In this document: one piece after another, positions 18,027 to 28,900 of the stretch | How positions within the stretch are numbered: the stretch's first letter is position 1 | Layout of the letters: each line of letters starts with the position of its first letter | NCBI GenBank assembly: GCA_937916275.1 | Contig: CALFTD010000318.1 | Coordinates: forward strand, 27,446 to 91,445 | DNA: 64,000 nucleotides | Origin: an uncultured Planctomicrobium sp. | GTDB taxonomy: Bacteria > Planctomycetota > Planctomycetia > Planctomycetales > Planctomycetaceae | Reading direction: 5' to 3' | Notes under the pieces: model-generated | Databases searched by the model: none | The model's input: only the letters and a program-made list of their open reading frames with translations | Told to the model about the DNA's origin: nothing | Made by a program: the position numbers and the translations under genes

Positions 18027-19607
18027 ATGACTGCACAACCAGTATTGATCAACGGGAAATGGCGAGCTTCCAGCGGAGCAGATTCATTTCAGGCAACGAA
18101 TCCGGCGACAAAGGAGCAACTCTCTGAAGTTTATCCTGTTAGCCCCTGGTCTGAAATCGAAGAGGCTCTCACAGCGGCAGCGACCGCCTTTAAGACGGTT
18201 CGTTCATTCTCAGGTAGTCGATTCGCCGATTTTCTCGAAGCCTACGCAGCTGAGATTGAACTGAGAATCGACGAGATTGTCGAAGCAGCCCATCAAGAGA
18301 CAGCGTATCCAATTTCGCCGCGTCTGAAAGACGGCGAGATGGTTCGCACGTTGGATCAACTGCGACAGGCTGCGAATTCTGCAAGATCAGAAACTTGGAC
18401 GCTGCCGACTATCGACACGAAAACCAACATCCGTTCGATGCTGGGGCCGATCGGTCCGGTCGCTGTCTTTGGTCCTAATAATTTCCCGCTCGCGTTTAAT
18501 TCGATTTCTGGAGGAGACTTTGCCGCGGCGATTGCTGCGGGGAATCCAGTCATTGCGAAAGGACATTCGTCTCATCCGAGAACGACTCAACTCTTTGCGG
18601 AAGCTGCTCAAAATGCCTGCGAGACGACCGGAATGCCCGATGGTTTCATTCAATTGATTTATCGGACTTCACACGAGGATGGAGCCAAGCTTGTTTCGCA
18701 TCCGTTGCTGGGAGCCTCAGGATACACTGGTTCTCGACATGCTGGGCTTGTCTTGAAAGAAGCTGCTGACAAAGGTGGGAATCCAATTTACTTGGAGCTT
18801 TCCAGTATCAATCCAGTCTTCATTCTTCCTGGGGCACTCACCGAACGATCCGCAGAGATCGTGGACGAATTCTCAGCCAGTTGTTTAATGGGAACAGGGC
18901 AATTCTGCACGAACCCCGGTCTTGTTGTTGTTAAAGCAGGTGAGCAAGCTGAATCATTTATCGCTGCTGTTGCAGAGAAGTTTTCGAACGCACCAGCCGG
19001 AACCTTACTCGGTGAGGGTGTCGAACGAAGTTTGCGAGCGGGGATTGTCGCCATTCAAAGAACCGGGGCACATATTGTGACCGGCAATCAACCTGTAGAT
19101 GGCGACCGTTGCTGCTACGCCAACACACTCCTAAGAGCGACAGGAAAATCGTTCCTCGAAGATCCTGCCGGTCATCAGTCGGAAGCATTTGGTAACGCCT
19201 CGCTTATCGTTGTCGCTGAGACCGATGAGGAAATGCTCAGGATCGCTGAGCACCTGGAAGGCAATCTCACCGGCTGCATCTATTCCGCGACTGACAACAG
19301 CGACGATGCCCTCTACGACAAAATCGGTGAAGAACTGCTGCAACATGTTGGTCGCTTACTCAACGACAAAATGCCGACCGGCGTCGCAGTCAGCCGAGCG
19401 ATGAACCATGGTGGACCATATCCAGCGACGGGACATCCAGGCTTTACAGCTGTCGGAATTCCGGCGTCGTTACGACGTTTTGGAACGTTGGATTGTTACG
19501 ACAATGTCCGCGAACACCGTTTGCCAACGGCATTACAAAACAATAATCCACACGATGATTTGTATCGTGATATCGATGGGACAATGACAATCGATTATAT
19601 TGCGTAA
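18027..19607 (+). CDS. NADP-dependent aldehyde dehydrogenase (alpha-ketoglutaric semialdehyde / 2,5-dioxovalerate dehydrogenase-like)
   Basis: 526-aa ORF with an ALDH layout, the glutamate motif YLELSSINP and the catalytic Cys context GTGQFCTNPG. Confidence 0.8.
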   Translation: MTAQPVLINGKWRASSGADSFQATNPATKEQLSEVYPVSPWSEIEEALTAAATAFKTVRSFSGSRFADFLEAYAAEIELRIDEIVEAAHQETAYPISPRLKDGEMVRTLDQLRQAANSARSETWTLPTIDTKTNIRSMLGPIGPVAVFGPNNFPLAFNSISGGDFAAAIAAGNPVIAKGHSSHPRTTQLFAEAAQNACETTGMPDGFIQLIYRTSHEDGAKLVSHPLLGASGYTGSRHAGLVLKEAADKGGNPIYLELSSINPVFILPGALTERSAEIVDEFSASCLMGTGQFCTNPGLVVVKAGEQAESFIAAVAEKFSNAPAGTLLGEGVERSLRAGIVAIQRTGAHIVTGNQPVDGDRCCYANTLLRATGKSFLEDPAGHQSEAFGNASLIVVAETDEEMLRIAEHLEGNLTGCIYSATDNSDDALYDKIGEELLQHVGRLLNDKMPTGVAVSRAMNHGGPYPATGHPGFTAVGIPASLRRFGTLDCYDNVREHRLPTALQNNNPHDDLYRDIDGTMTIDYIA

Positions 19608-19618
19608 GTAAGAATCAT

Positions 19619-19650
19619 GTTTAGCCGGACACTAAAAGTGTCCGGCTAAA
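19619..19650. repeat. GTTTAGC-type palindromic hairpin between convergent genes
   Basis: gtttagccggacac-taaaa-gtgtccggctaaa forms a 13-bp stem between the ALDH stop (19605-19607) and the NRAMP-like stop (19659-19661). Confidence 0.85.
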
Positions 19651-19658
19651 TAATTCTT

Positions 19659-21311
19659 CTACAGCACCTTCGAAATTTTGTAGCACACTCCCCAAACTCC
19701 GGCGATGAGCAATCCCAGAAACGACAGTATCAACATCACGTCCCAGGCTTTGCTGGGAGCGAGTCGGGAATCGGTCGAAGTGTAGCGGAGATACAATGCG
19801 CCGAAGCCGATCATAGGCAGCATCGTTGCTTGCATTAACCCCGAGAGTAATACCGCTTGAACCGGGTTAATTCCGGTCCAGTGCAGTGCAACACAGGTGA
19901 TCGGAATTAGCACGCAAAACACTCGCAACGAGCGGTCATGAGCCTTTTGATCGTTGCGGTCGATGTATCCAAAAATTTTCAGCGCATCTGTATACATCCG
20001 TGAATGTCCCCCATTCGCGACCAGAAATGTGGAGTACAGCACAGCGATGGCTCCGGAGAGAAACATCCATTTTGCATAGTCTCCAAAAATCGGGACATAC
20101 GCTGACGAGAGAGTGCTAACCATTCGCATTCCGTCGGGGTTACGTCCTTCTCGATACAAGACAGCGACTCCCATAATGAAGAATGCCATCGTCGCGAGGG
20201 TGTAAATCACCATCGAGAGAAAGGCGTCATAGTGCATGACCCGCATCCAGCCACGAGCTCGTTTCGCCCAAGCATCGTCGTCAGTTCTTCTTCCTGTGTA
20301 ACGTGCGTACCCCTTCTCGATACACCAGTACGGGTACGTAATGAGTTCGGTCGCTCCGACTCCGATGATTCCGAAAGTCGCTAATGCAATTGATAACGAT
20401 TCCCATTTATCGCCAGTCTTGGGGAGACCAAACGAAAGTCCTTTCATGAACTCTGCAGTCGATAAGCTCCAATCTTCTGTCATCTGTAAAGCGACGACAT
20501 TACCAATCGTTAAAAACGTAAACGAGATGACAAGCACGGTTGATATCGATTGAATCATCCCATACCGCCCGTTGTACAGTAGAGCGATGGTGATGAGGCC
20601 GACGAGTGTCGACCAAAGTCTGTCATCGAGAGTCCAGGGATCTTTGATTTTTCCACCTGCGCGTACGGTTGAGATGGCTGTCGTGCCACGTTCGCCTATA
20701 TCATTCAAGGCAGTACCAATGCGGACATGTCCCTGCCGGATGCGTTCTTGCTGTTCTAGCGAGAGTTTCTTGAGTTCGACTTCTCCGTTAGCGAAGTCGT
20801 CGGTCCATTGATTATAGAACTTAATTTCTCCCGTATCCGGGAGTGCAATGGCTTCTTTGAGATCTCCGGTAATCGGCATCGCGATTGCCATCGCTTGCCC
20901 AACTCCTCCGACAATTCCGCCCAGCTGCAAGATGCCAGCCATCATCATGAGAAACCAAAACCAAATGATCCAGTTCGCTGGTCCTAGTTTTCCCGGAACG
21001 CGATTCAGAGCGGTAAGGGTCGTCTCACCATGAACGATTGAATAGCGACCGAGTTCGATCTGCACAAAGACCTTGATCAGGCAGCCAATAATAATCAGCC
21101 ATAGTAAGGCAATCCCGGCGTGTGCACCAGTTTTCGTCGTCGCGATGAGTTCACCCGAACCGACGATACTGCCAGCGACAACTAAGCCTGGACCAAGCTT
21201 GAGAATCGTCGCCCAGAAAGTTTTGGGTGGCGTTTCAGTCCCCGCTATGAGTTCTTGATCAAACTCTGGCGGAACTGTATCGACGGGTTCCAGTTGGTCG
21301 TCGTTTGACAT
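19659..21311 (-). CDS. NRAMP-family-like divalent metal transporter (polytopic membrane protein)
   Basis: 550-aa ORF with about 11-12 hydrophobic segments. The N-terminal LGPGLVVAGSIVGSGELIATT resembles the NRAMP TM1 region. Confidence 0.65.
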   Translation of the reverse strand: MSNDDQLEPVDTVPPEFDQELIAGTETPPKTFWATILKLGPGLVVAGSIVGSGELIATTKTGAHAGIALLWLIIIGCLIKVFVQIELGRYSIVHGETTLTALNRVPGKLGPANWIIWFWFLMMMAGILQLGGIVGGVGQAMAIAMPITGDLKEAIALPDTGEIKFYNQWTDDFANGEVELKKLSLEQQERIRQGHVRIGTALNDIGERGTTAISTVRAGGKIKDPWTLDDRLWSTLVGLITIALLYNGRYGMIQSISTVLVISFTFLTIGNVVALQMTEDWSLSTAEFMKGLSFGLPKTGDKWESLSIALATFGIIGVGATELITYPYWCIEKGYARYTGRRTDDDAWAKRARGWMRVMHYDAFLSMVIYTLATMAFFIMGVAVLYREGRNPDGMRMVSTLSSAYVPIFGDYAKWMFLSGAIAVLYSTFLVANGGHSRMYTDALKIFGYIDRNDQKAHDRSLRVFCVLIPITCVALHWTGINPVQAVLLSGLMQATMLPMIGFGALYLRYTSTDSRLAPSKAWDVMLILSFLGLLIAGVWGVCYKISKVL

Positions 21312-21592
21312 ATATTTGTTATCGAATGGAGATGGGAGAATGTTTCGAAGACAGCACTCGCGTTCTCACTTGTGACAGTGTACTTAAAGTCTTTTGAACC
21401 ATTCTTTTTCGCGGACTCAAAAAGCACGAAGGTGCTCAAGCAAGACCTCGACTTATAACGGTATATTGATTTGTCAGCAATTGGGGAGACATAATCGACT
21501 TTCTAAGGTTGAGACTCCAAAGGTCATTATTTCGCAATTCCTTCGTTTGAAAGCATTCTGGAATTCAATTAGTAAAATATTTCCAATGAGTG

Positions 21593-21670
21593 ACTGAGGC
21601 ACGGAGAAATGAAACGGTGCGTAGTTTTCGATCCAGATTGTCCTCAGTGCTCTTCGTGGCGTTTCATTTC
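21593..21670. repeat. intergenic word-array pair (region F)
   Basis: actgaggcacggagaaatgaaacg at 21593-21616 and cctcagtgctcttcgtggcgtttcatttc at 21642-21670. gaaatgaaacg pairs with cgtttcatttc as an 11-bp complement, and actgagg pairs with cctcagt. Confidence 0.75.
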
Positions 21671-21740
21671 AGAGAATGGTCGCAGCGACTAAACTCTCGG
21701 ACAAACCATCATTCCATATCTTTTTAAAGCTCTTCATCCT

Positions 21741-22721
21741 ATGCGCATCGGCATCATTGCTTTCCTTCACGAAACGAACACATTTTCGAACCAACCTACA
21801 ACGATTCAATCGTTTCGCGAAAATTTGTTGTTATCAGGCGAAGCAATCCGAAGTACTTTGACCGACGCAGACCATGAAGTCGGAGGATTTCTGGAAGGGC
21901 TGAAATCTGAGGGTGCTGAAGCTGTCCCGTTGTTTGCTGCTCAAGCGTTGCCGGCTGGTCCGATTGAGTCCGCAGATTTTGATGCACTAATGCTGCATCT
22001 CTTGAATTCGATTCATAATGGTGGAACGCTCGATGGAATCTTAGTTGCTTCTCACGGAGCAGCCGTCAGTGAGAACCACTCCGATGCGGATGGCTATTGG
22101 TTCAGCGAATTACGTAAAGAACTGGGGAAAGAGCTTCCCATTATCGGCACGATTGACGCCCATGCCAATTTATCTCCGCTAATGGTCGAAAGTTGTAATG
22201 CCTTGATTGCATCTCGAACCAATCCTCCTCGTGATCAAAGAGAGAGAGGCGTCGAAGCTGCCAAGCTGATGGTCCGCAGAGTCAAAAAAGAAGTCCTTCC
22301 AATGATGTCGATGGTTTCATTGCCATTGCTCGTCAGTGATGATCGACGAAGTACTGAAGAGCTGGATCTCGAACCGTTACACCAGTTTGCAGATAAGCAA
22401 CTCAAAATAGGAGGGATCCTAAGTAACAGTATCGTCTTGGGATTCCCTTCTGCTGATGTCGAAGAAATGGGCTCCAGCGTGATTGCTGTCACAGACAATC
22501 AAGAACTGCTTGCGAAACATTTTGCGGGTGAATTAGCACAAAAGGTGTGGGACAATCGCGCCGAACTCGCTGGCAAATTCACCACTGTAGAAGAGTTCAT
22601 CCGCGTGGATACTGATAGTTCCAAGAGTGCAAATTCAGAACGCTTAGAATATCAGCACCGCCGGCGACCGATGTATCCCTTCGAACCAGAGTGTGACTTC
22701 AATTTGAAGGAAGCATTTTGA
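21741..22721 (+). CDS. M81/MlrC-family N-terminal domain (DUF1485) protein, probably C-terminally truncated
   Basis: 326-aa ORF starting MRIGIIAFLHETNTFS, typical of the MlrC family. Recognisable similarity ends near ..TTVEEFIR, followed by a tail with no family resemblance. No MlrC C-terminal domain is present. A repeat element starts 17 nt after the stop. Confidence 0.6.
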   Translation: MRIGIIAFLHETNTFSNQPTTIQSFRENLLLSGEAIRSTLTDADHEVGGFLEGLKSEGAEAVPLFAAQALPAGPIESADFDALMLHLLNSIHNGGTLDGILVASHGAAVSENHSDADGYWFSELRKELGKELPIIGTIDAHANLSPLMVESCNALIASRTNPPRDQRERGVEAAKLMVRRVKKEVLPMMSMVSLPLLVSDDRRSTEELDLEPLHQFADKQLKIGGILSNSIVLGFPSADVEEMGSSVIAVTDNQELLAKHFAGELAQKVWDNRAELAGKFTTVEEFIRVDTDSSKSANSERLEYQHRRRPMYPFEPECDFNLKEAF

Positions 22722-22737
22722 GAGTTGCAGGCAACAT

Positions 22738-22937
22738 GTAGGTTGGGTGAAGCGAGATGAAAAATAACGGTAATTCAAAGCAACTAATGTGAAGGTCTTT
22801 GTTGAAGTGAATTCTATCGAGAGACAAGCGTAACCCAACATCTGCGATCTAGAGTTGGCGTGAAGTGACAGCGATCCTGATCTTCCGAATGGCTTACTCC
22901 GGTCGTGCTGGGTTTCGCTCCGCTGCACCCAACCTAC
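22738..22937 (+). repeat. 200-bp REPIN/MITE-like element, copy 1
   Basis: Terminal inverted repeats gtaggttgggtgaagcg and cgctgcacccaacctac, with internal gcgtaacccaaca and gggtttcgctccgctgcaccc hairpin modules. The element begins with GTAG, like REP sequences. Confidence 0.85.
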
Positions 22938-23389
22938 AAGGCTTTCCGATCACTCTGACCAGCTTTATTGGTCACCGCATACAATAGAAATGCTGCACTT
23001 GCAGCTGAGAAGACTGAGTAATCGAGAGGTGGTTTCAGACCGAATGCAGCGAGCATTGTGATTCCAAAGAGGCTCAACAGAATACCGGCAGCGAGTGCAA
23101 ACCAACGTAACTGCCAGCCGATGATTAGTCCTACTGCAATCACAATTTCTGCAACAGTAGCCATCCAGCCCAGCATCGGGATGAGCGAAGCTGGAATGAA
23201 CCAGTTCAACAATGCAACATAGCTCTCGTAGTTTTGAATATCTCCCCACACGACTCCTTCAGCCCCAGGTGGTCCCCATATTCCAAAACGATCTGCAACG
23301 GCGGATAGAAAAGCCGCCGCAAGAGCAAGTCGTACAAAATACGTTGCGAAGCGAGTTCTTTGACCTTCGTTGGAAGTGGTGTTTTCCAT
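22934..23389 (-). CDS. DoxX-family small membrane protein
   Basis: 151-aa ATG-initiated ORF with four hydrophobic segments. Its TAG stop at 22934-22936 lies inside the terminal repeat of the 22738-22937 element. Confidence 0.6.
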   Translation of the reverse strand: MENTTSNEGQRTRFATYFVRLALAAAFLSAVADRFGIWGPPGAEGVVWGDIQNYESYVALLNWFIPASLIPMLGWMATVAEIVIAVGLIIGWQLRWFALAAGILLSLFGITMLAAFGLKPPLDYSVFSAASAAFLLYAVTNKAGQSDRKAL

Positions 23390-23402
23390 AGTTGTCTACT
23401 GA

Positions 23403-24383
<981 letters not shown>

Positions 24384-24403
24384 CTCAATAGTTGAAATAA
24401 AAT

Positions 24404-24603
24404 GTAGGTTGGGTGAAGCGCGGTAAATATTGAAGCTCAATCAAAGCTAATAATGCTAAGCTCTTTGTTGAAATAATCTGGAAGGAGAGATGAGCGTAAC
24501 CCAACACCTGCGAATTAATTTTGGTGTTAGGTGACTGCGATCTCATTCTTCCAAGTGACCTACTTCGATTATGTTGGGTTTCGCTCCGCTGCACCCAACC
24601 TAC
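24404..24603 (+). repeat. 200-bp REPIN/MITE-like element, copy 2
   Basis: Same length, termini and orientation as 22738-22937. By my manual ungapped alignment it is about 70 percent identical, with the termini and the gcgtaacccaaca core identical. Confidence 0.85.
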
Positions 24604-24614
24604 GATTTTAATCA

Positions 24615-25940
24615 TTAAACGTCGGGATATTCCCATTCGCCGCGATATTCACGTTTGAGCAGCGCGTTGGCTTCTGCGTCTCCGGGGATCAATTCCTTCT
24701 CTCCGTCCCAGTCGATGCTGCGACCGAGTTTGTAGGAAAGCATCCCTAGCAGCGAAAGATTGGTCGCGAGATGACCGATCTCCGCACTGGCGACAGGCGT
24801 CCGTCCGGTTTCAATACATTCCAGGAAATCCTGCCAGAGCGGTGGGACGTTATGGCCATCTTTTTCGTTATCGAAGCTGGGGTCTTGATGGACATTCTTC
24901 GCTCCCCCTTTGCTGGGGTAGAAGGTCCAACCGTCTCGCCAGCCCATGTGGAAGACTCCATTTGTTCCGTAAAAATAACAGCCATACGGATGCGGTTGCG
25001 GACCTTTTCCACCGAAGCGATTGTGCTCCCAGGTCGCTGTGAAGTTTTCGAATTCGTAGACTGCTGATTGATGATCAGGGGAATCGCTGGTCTGCCCGCG
25101 ATCATCGTTGACCGCTTCTCCACGAATGGGACGTCCCCCTGTTGAGAAGACTCTCTTTGGTGCTTTCTCATCGGTCCACCAGAGAACCTGATCGAGCCAA
25201 TGCACTCCCCAATCACCTAAGGTTCCGTTCGCATAGTCAAGAAAATGTCGAAAACCACCGGGATGAATCTTCCGGTTAAATGGACGTAGTTCTGAAGGAC
25301 CGCAGTACATGTCCCAATCGAGATCGCGCGGAGGTTCGCTGTTAGGGGTTGGTGATTCCGATCCTCCACCGCCATGCACAAACATTCTGACGAGACCGAT
25401 GTCTCCGACGTTGCCAGATTTCAAAAAGTCCATACCTGACACATGATGCGGACCGATGCGACGATGTAGACCGACTTGGACGACACGATCTGCTTGTTCC
25501 GCAGCTTTCACAATTGCTCGACTCTCTTTGACAGTATGCCCCGTCGGTTTTTCCAGAAAGACATGTGCTCCCGCTTCGAGGGCGGCGATTGTGTTGAGAG
25601 CGTGCCAGTGATCGGGAGTCGCGATGATGACGATCTCGATATCTTCTATTTCGAACATCTCGCGAAAGTCGCTGTAGAGTGCGGGTTCATCATCGGTCAA
25701 AGCTGAAATTTCATCGGCACAAACTTCAGCTTGTGACATGTCAACATCGCACAAGGCGACAACTTTTGATTGTCCTGCCTTGATCGCTTCGACGAGAATA
25801 TTCGTTCCCCACCAACCGGAACCGATCAAAGCAGTGCGGTACTTTTTCGCTTTCGATTGAGCATGAACAGCGGGGGCAGCGAATGAAAGCGCCGTTGCAG
25901 CCGCGGAGGTCGCGATAAACTTTCTTCGATTGATCGGCAT
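24615..25940 (-). CDS. Gfo/Idh/MocA-family oxidoreductase with Tat signal peptide
   Basis: Twin-arginine signal MPINRRKFIATSAAATALSFAAPAVHA, Rossmann motif ALIGSGWWG and EKP motif FLEKPTGH. The ORF-track GTG at 25952 was replaced by ATG 25938-25940. Confidence 0.85.
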   Translation of the reverse strand: MPINRRKFIATSAAATALSFAAPAVHAQSKAKKYRTALIGSGWWGTNILVEAIKAGQSKVVALCDVDMSQAEVCADEISALTDDEPALYSDFREMFEIEDIEIVIIATPDHWHALNTIAALEAGAHVFLEKPTGHTVKESRAIVKAAEQADRVVQVGLHRRIGPHHVSGMDFLKSGNVGDIGLVRMFVHGGGGSESPTPNSEPPRDLDWDMYCGPSELRPFNRKIHPGGFRHFLDYANGTLGDWGVHWLDQVLWWTDEKAPKRVFSTGGRPIRGEAVNDDRGQTSDSPDHQSAVYEFENFTATWEHNRFGGKGPQPHPYGCYFYGTNGVFHMGWRDGWTFYPSKGGAKNVHQDPSFDNEKDGHNVPPLWQDFLECIETGRTPVASAEIGHLATNLSLLGMLSYKLGRSIDWDGEKELIPGDAEANALLKREYRGEWEYPDV

Positions 25941-25964
25941 AGAAGCGAACACTTTTTATTGAAT

Positions 25965-25996
25965 GTATAGCCCCACACTTGAAGTGTGGGGCAAAC
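25965..25996. repeat. GTTTAGC-type hairpin, variant copy
   Basis: gtatagccccacac-ttgaa-gtgtggggcaaac has a 9-bp perfect core stem (gccccacac/gtgtggggc) and lies 22 nt after the DUF1549/1553 gene stop. Confidence 0.75.
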
Positions 25997-26017
25997 GATT
26001 GAATCTGAATTCAAAAA

Positions 26018-28519
26018 CTAATGATTAAAGATAAACTCGCGACTCGTCATCAACGACCAGAAAAGATCTTCAATCACAACTTGTAGTTCATCAGCAGCGG
26101 TTTCGTTAAGAATGACTGCGTACTGAGATCGCTCATCTTTAGTCGGATACCGACTTAAGCACCATAGGAAGGATTCATCTATCAAGGAGTCGAGAGACAT
26201 CCCGTTCACGATTTGAGCATGAAGTGAGCTAACACGACCGGCGGCGTCCTCCATTTTTTCATTGATGGTGGACCCGTTAGAGAGATGAAGAACCTGAACC
26301 ATGCTCGGCTCGTTTGAGCGTTCACATTCGCAAACGATATTACGGGTATTTCGTCCAAACGCTTTCAGGAAGTATGATTCCACCGCTGAGTCATAGAGTT
26401 GAATCGCTCGGGTTCCGACAGGGTAGAAATCTGTTTTCTGGAAATCGGCTCCCGGGAACTCGACTCGCTCGAACTTCGTTGGAACTCCCGTCGCTTGGAC
26501 AAGGGAGTCATGAATCACCTCAGCGATGAGTCGTCTTGGGAAGTATCTCGAATAGAATCGAGTATCGGCTTCGTTACCTGCAACAGGGAGGCTTGATCGC
26601 TGATATGCATTTGATTGAAGAATTGTTTTCATCAGAGGTTTAAGATCGAATTTATTTTCGATCACAAAATCAGCAGCGGCTTCCAGAAGCTCTTCGTTGC
26701 TTGCAGGATTCGAGACACGCATATCGTCAATCGATTCTACTAATCCGACGCCATAGAAATTTGCCCAAATTCGATTGGTGATCGACTTTGCAAAGTAAGG
26801 GTTCTCTGGTGATGTCATCCACTCAGCAAGATATCCTCGACGGTCTTCAGTGCTCTCAAACGGAATGGGTTCACCGTCCAATGGAGTCGGCGGTTGCGGT
26901 TTCCCAGTCCGTGGCTGATAGAGTTCTCCTTCATCTGAAACGAAGACTGTTCGTAATCCATCCCCGTTTCGGCGGTCTCCACCCCAACCTTTCGCACGAA
27001 CTCGAGAGAAGATATTTGCCATCCCGTAGTATTGATCGTTGGTCCATTTCTCAAGCGGATGATTGTGACATTTCGCACAACCAATACTTAATCCCATAAA
27101 TGCCTGGCAAGCATTTTCTGTCATGTCTTCTGGGGTTTCGTAAAGAGAATAGAAGTTCGCAGCGCCGTTTTCATAAGTGCTGCCCGTCGCTGTTAAAATC
27201 TCCTGTACAAACTGATCCCAGGGAGTGTTTTTCTCGACTCGCTCGTGAACCCAGTTGTAATAGGCTTTTAAGGCGACAGGTCTGAGCAGAGTTCCATTCA
27301 GCATTAGCAAGTCGGACCATTTATATGTCCAATAATCGACGAATTCTGGTCGATCCAGTAAATGATCAATCAGCAAATCACGTTTATTCTCTGTCGAATC
27401 AGCGAGGAAATCTTTGACTTCCTGGGGAGTTGGAGGCAACCCAATTGTGTCGAGATAAGCTCGGCGTATGAACGTGGCATCATCACACATGGGAGATGGA
27501 GGCAGGTTGATGTTCTGTAGCTGTTTGTTGATGATTTCATCTAGGAAGTTCGCAGGCTTGAGTGACGCATAGACTTCTGGAGGAACCTCATTTACGTACG
27601 GGACAGTGATGCGAGTGACTGAAATCTTGGAAGAAAACCAGCCGACGATAGCACCTTCACCGGGACCGACAATATCTACTTTTCCTGTTGAATCTACCGT
27701 GCAAACGGCTTCATTCGTTGATGTCCAGCGAACCCATTCGGTGACGTCACTTTTTGAGTCGTCACTGTAGTGAGCGTACCCCAAGAGTTGCTGTGTCTGA
27801 CCTTTTACGAGCTGAACACGCTTGGGCAAAACTGCAATCGAATCAATCTTTACATCTTCCTCGGTGGGCGGAGTCGCTCCGTTTGCGATCCACTCAGAAA
27901 GAATCCGATAATCACGCGAGTCGTTATCGAGTTTGAGGCCTCCTTTGTGTGGAATCGCCCCCGATGGTTTCGCCAAAAACAGACTTCTGCCGGGGTCAGC
28001 GAATTCAATTCTCCGTCCCAGATCCTGTTTCGTAATATTGAAGTAATCGGACTGCGGATCGTACATCCCCAATGAGAGTCGAAAGCCTCCCTTACCAGCG
28101 AGTGCTCCGTGACACGCACCGACGTTACACCCAGCTTTTGTGATCGCCGGTTCGACATGGTTGCGAAAACTCCATTGAAATGGCTCTTGCATTGAAGAGA
28201 CGTTCACTTTGGCAGAGACCGTATTGCCATCGACGTTAGCGATGATATTCGCCTCACCGTTTCCATGAGGAGTTACAACGCCTTGGCTATTCACCGTCGC
28301 AATGTTTTCGTCGCTGCTCGTCCATATGATCGATGTATGGTCGACTTGCCCTTGAACCGTATCACCTTGCTTTTTCTGCACAATGAGATGAGCTGTGCTT
28401 TCCGCCCCTCGCAGGGAGACTGCATCCGGTATCAGAATCAATTCTTCGGCAGACGAGAGCCTTCCGAACAACAAACAAGTGAGGAAGAGTGCCTGGAGTG
28501 TTCGTTGAAGTGTTATCAT
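26018..28519 (-). CDS. secreted DUF1549/DUF1553 (PSD1-type) protein with Big_2-like N-terminal domain
   Basis: About 833 aa from ATG 28517-28519 (MITLQRTLQALFLTCLLFG signal). It has the GCAKCHNHPLEKW (CxxCH) motif of DUF1549 and a DUF1553-like C-terminus. This is a typical planctomycete family. Confidence 0.8.
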   Translation of the reverse strand: MITLQRTLQALFLTCLLFGRLSSAEELILIPDAVSLRGAESTAHLIVQKKQGDTVQGQVDHTSIIWTSSDENIATVNSQGVVTPHGNGEANIIANVDGNTVSAKVNVSSMQEPFQWSFRNHVEPAITKAGCNVGACHGALAGKGGFRLSLGMYDPQSDYFNITKQDLGRRIEFADPGRSLFLAKPSGAIPHKGGLKLDNDSRDYRILSEWIANGATPPTEEDVKIDSIAVLPKRVQLVKGQTQQLLGYAHYSDDSKSDVTEWVRWTSTNEAVCTVDSTGKVDIVGPGEGAIVGWFSSKISVTRITVPYVNEVPPEVYASLKPANFLDEIINKQLQNINLPPSPMCDDATFIRRAYLDTIGLPPTPQEVKDFLADSTENKRDLLIDHLLDRPEFVDYWTYKWSDLLMLNGTLLRPVALKAYYNWVHERVEKNTPWDQFVQEILTATGSTYENGAANFYSLYETPEDMTENACQAFMGLSIGCAKCHNHPLEKWTNDQYYGMANIFSRVRAKGWGGDRRNGDGLRTVFVSDEGELYQPRTGKPQPPTPLDGEPIPFESTEDRRGYLAEWMTSPENPYFAKSITNRIWANFYGVGLVESIDDMRVSNPASNEELLEAAADFVIENKFDLKPLMKTILQSNAYQRSSLPVAGNEADTRFYSRYFPRRLIAEVIHDSLVQATGVPTKFERVEFPGADFQKTDFYPVGTRAIQLYDSAVESYFLKAFGRNTRNIVCECERSNEPSMVQVLHLSNGSTINEKMEDAAGRVSSLHAQIVNGMSLDSLIDESFLWCLSRYPTKDERSQYAVILNETAADELQVVIEDLFWSLMTSREFIFNH

Positions 28520-28900
28520 AAATATCAATGAACTCTAATGATGGGGAAATGGTCAGTAGAATATGACACAACAGACCAGTTGCTAAATGCGTTCGTATCG
28601 AACACATCTATTCTCGCATATCATAGTCATTTCAACAGTCGCAGTGCAGTCAACAATTTACGGAGTCCGGAAAATTCCCCGCCATGTTAAGATTTTAAGG
28701 AAAGTGACAGATTCAGGCTCGCGAGTTTGTGAAGGTGTGATAATCTCCTGATAGACAACATGAGCCTGAACTTTTCAATACTATTGAGTGAAATCACTAG
28801 AGCAAATTCAATATTCATTAAACTGTTCTGTCTCGTGGCACCAGCGTGTCAATTTTTGGAAACGTAACCCGTGGACAAGAGAAGTATTGGAAATGCTCTC

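Noticed and set aside
10853-19607. Possible uronate-catabolism cluster (UxaC-like, UDP-GlcA epimerase-like, KGSADH-like; FAH-family gene at 37046)
   Set aside because: The genes are interleaved with unrelated housekeeping genes (tsaE, a radical SAM gene, lysC) and lie on different strands, so there is no operon structure to support a pathway cluster.
21416-21440. Terminator-like hairpin (minus strand GAGCAC-CUUC-GUGCUU followed by U-run) in the NRAMP-like gene leader; possible Mn riboswitch or attenuator
   Set aside because: The stem is only 5-6 bp. I could not find the conserved yybP-ykoY-type elements on the correct strand; a GGGGAGA word at 21484-21490 is on the opposite strand and lacks a partner helix.
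22644-22928. 94-aa ORF here and an 83-aa ORF at 24385-24636 (..QRSETQH..)
   Set aside because: They are translations of the 200-bp REPIN-like repeat elements. Similarity between them reflects the DNA repeat, not a protein family.
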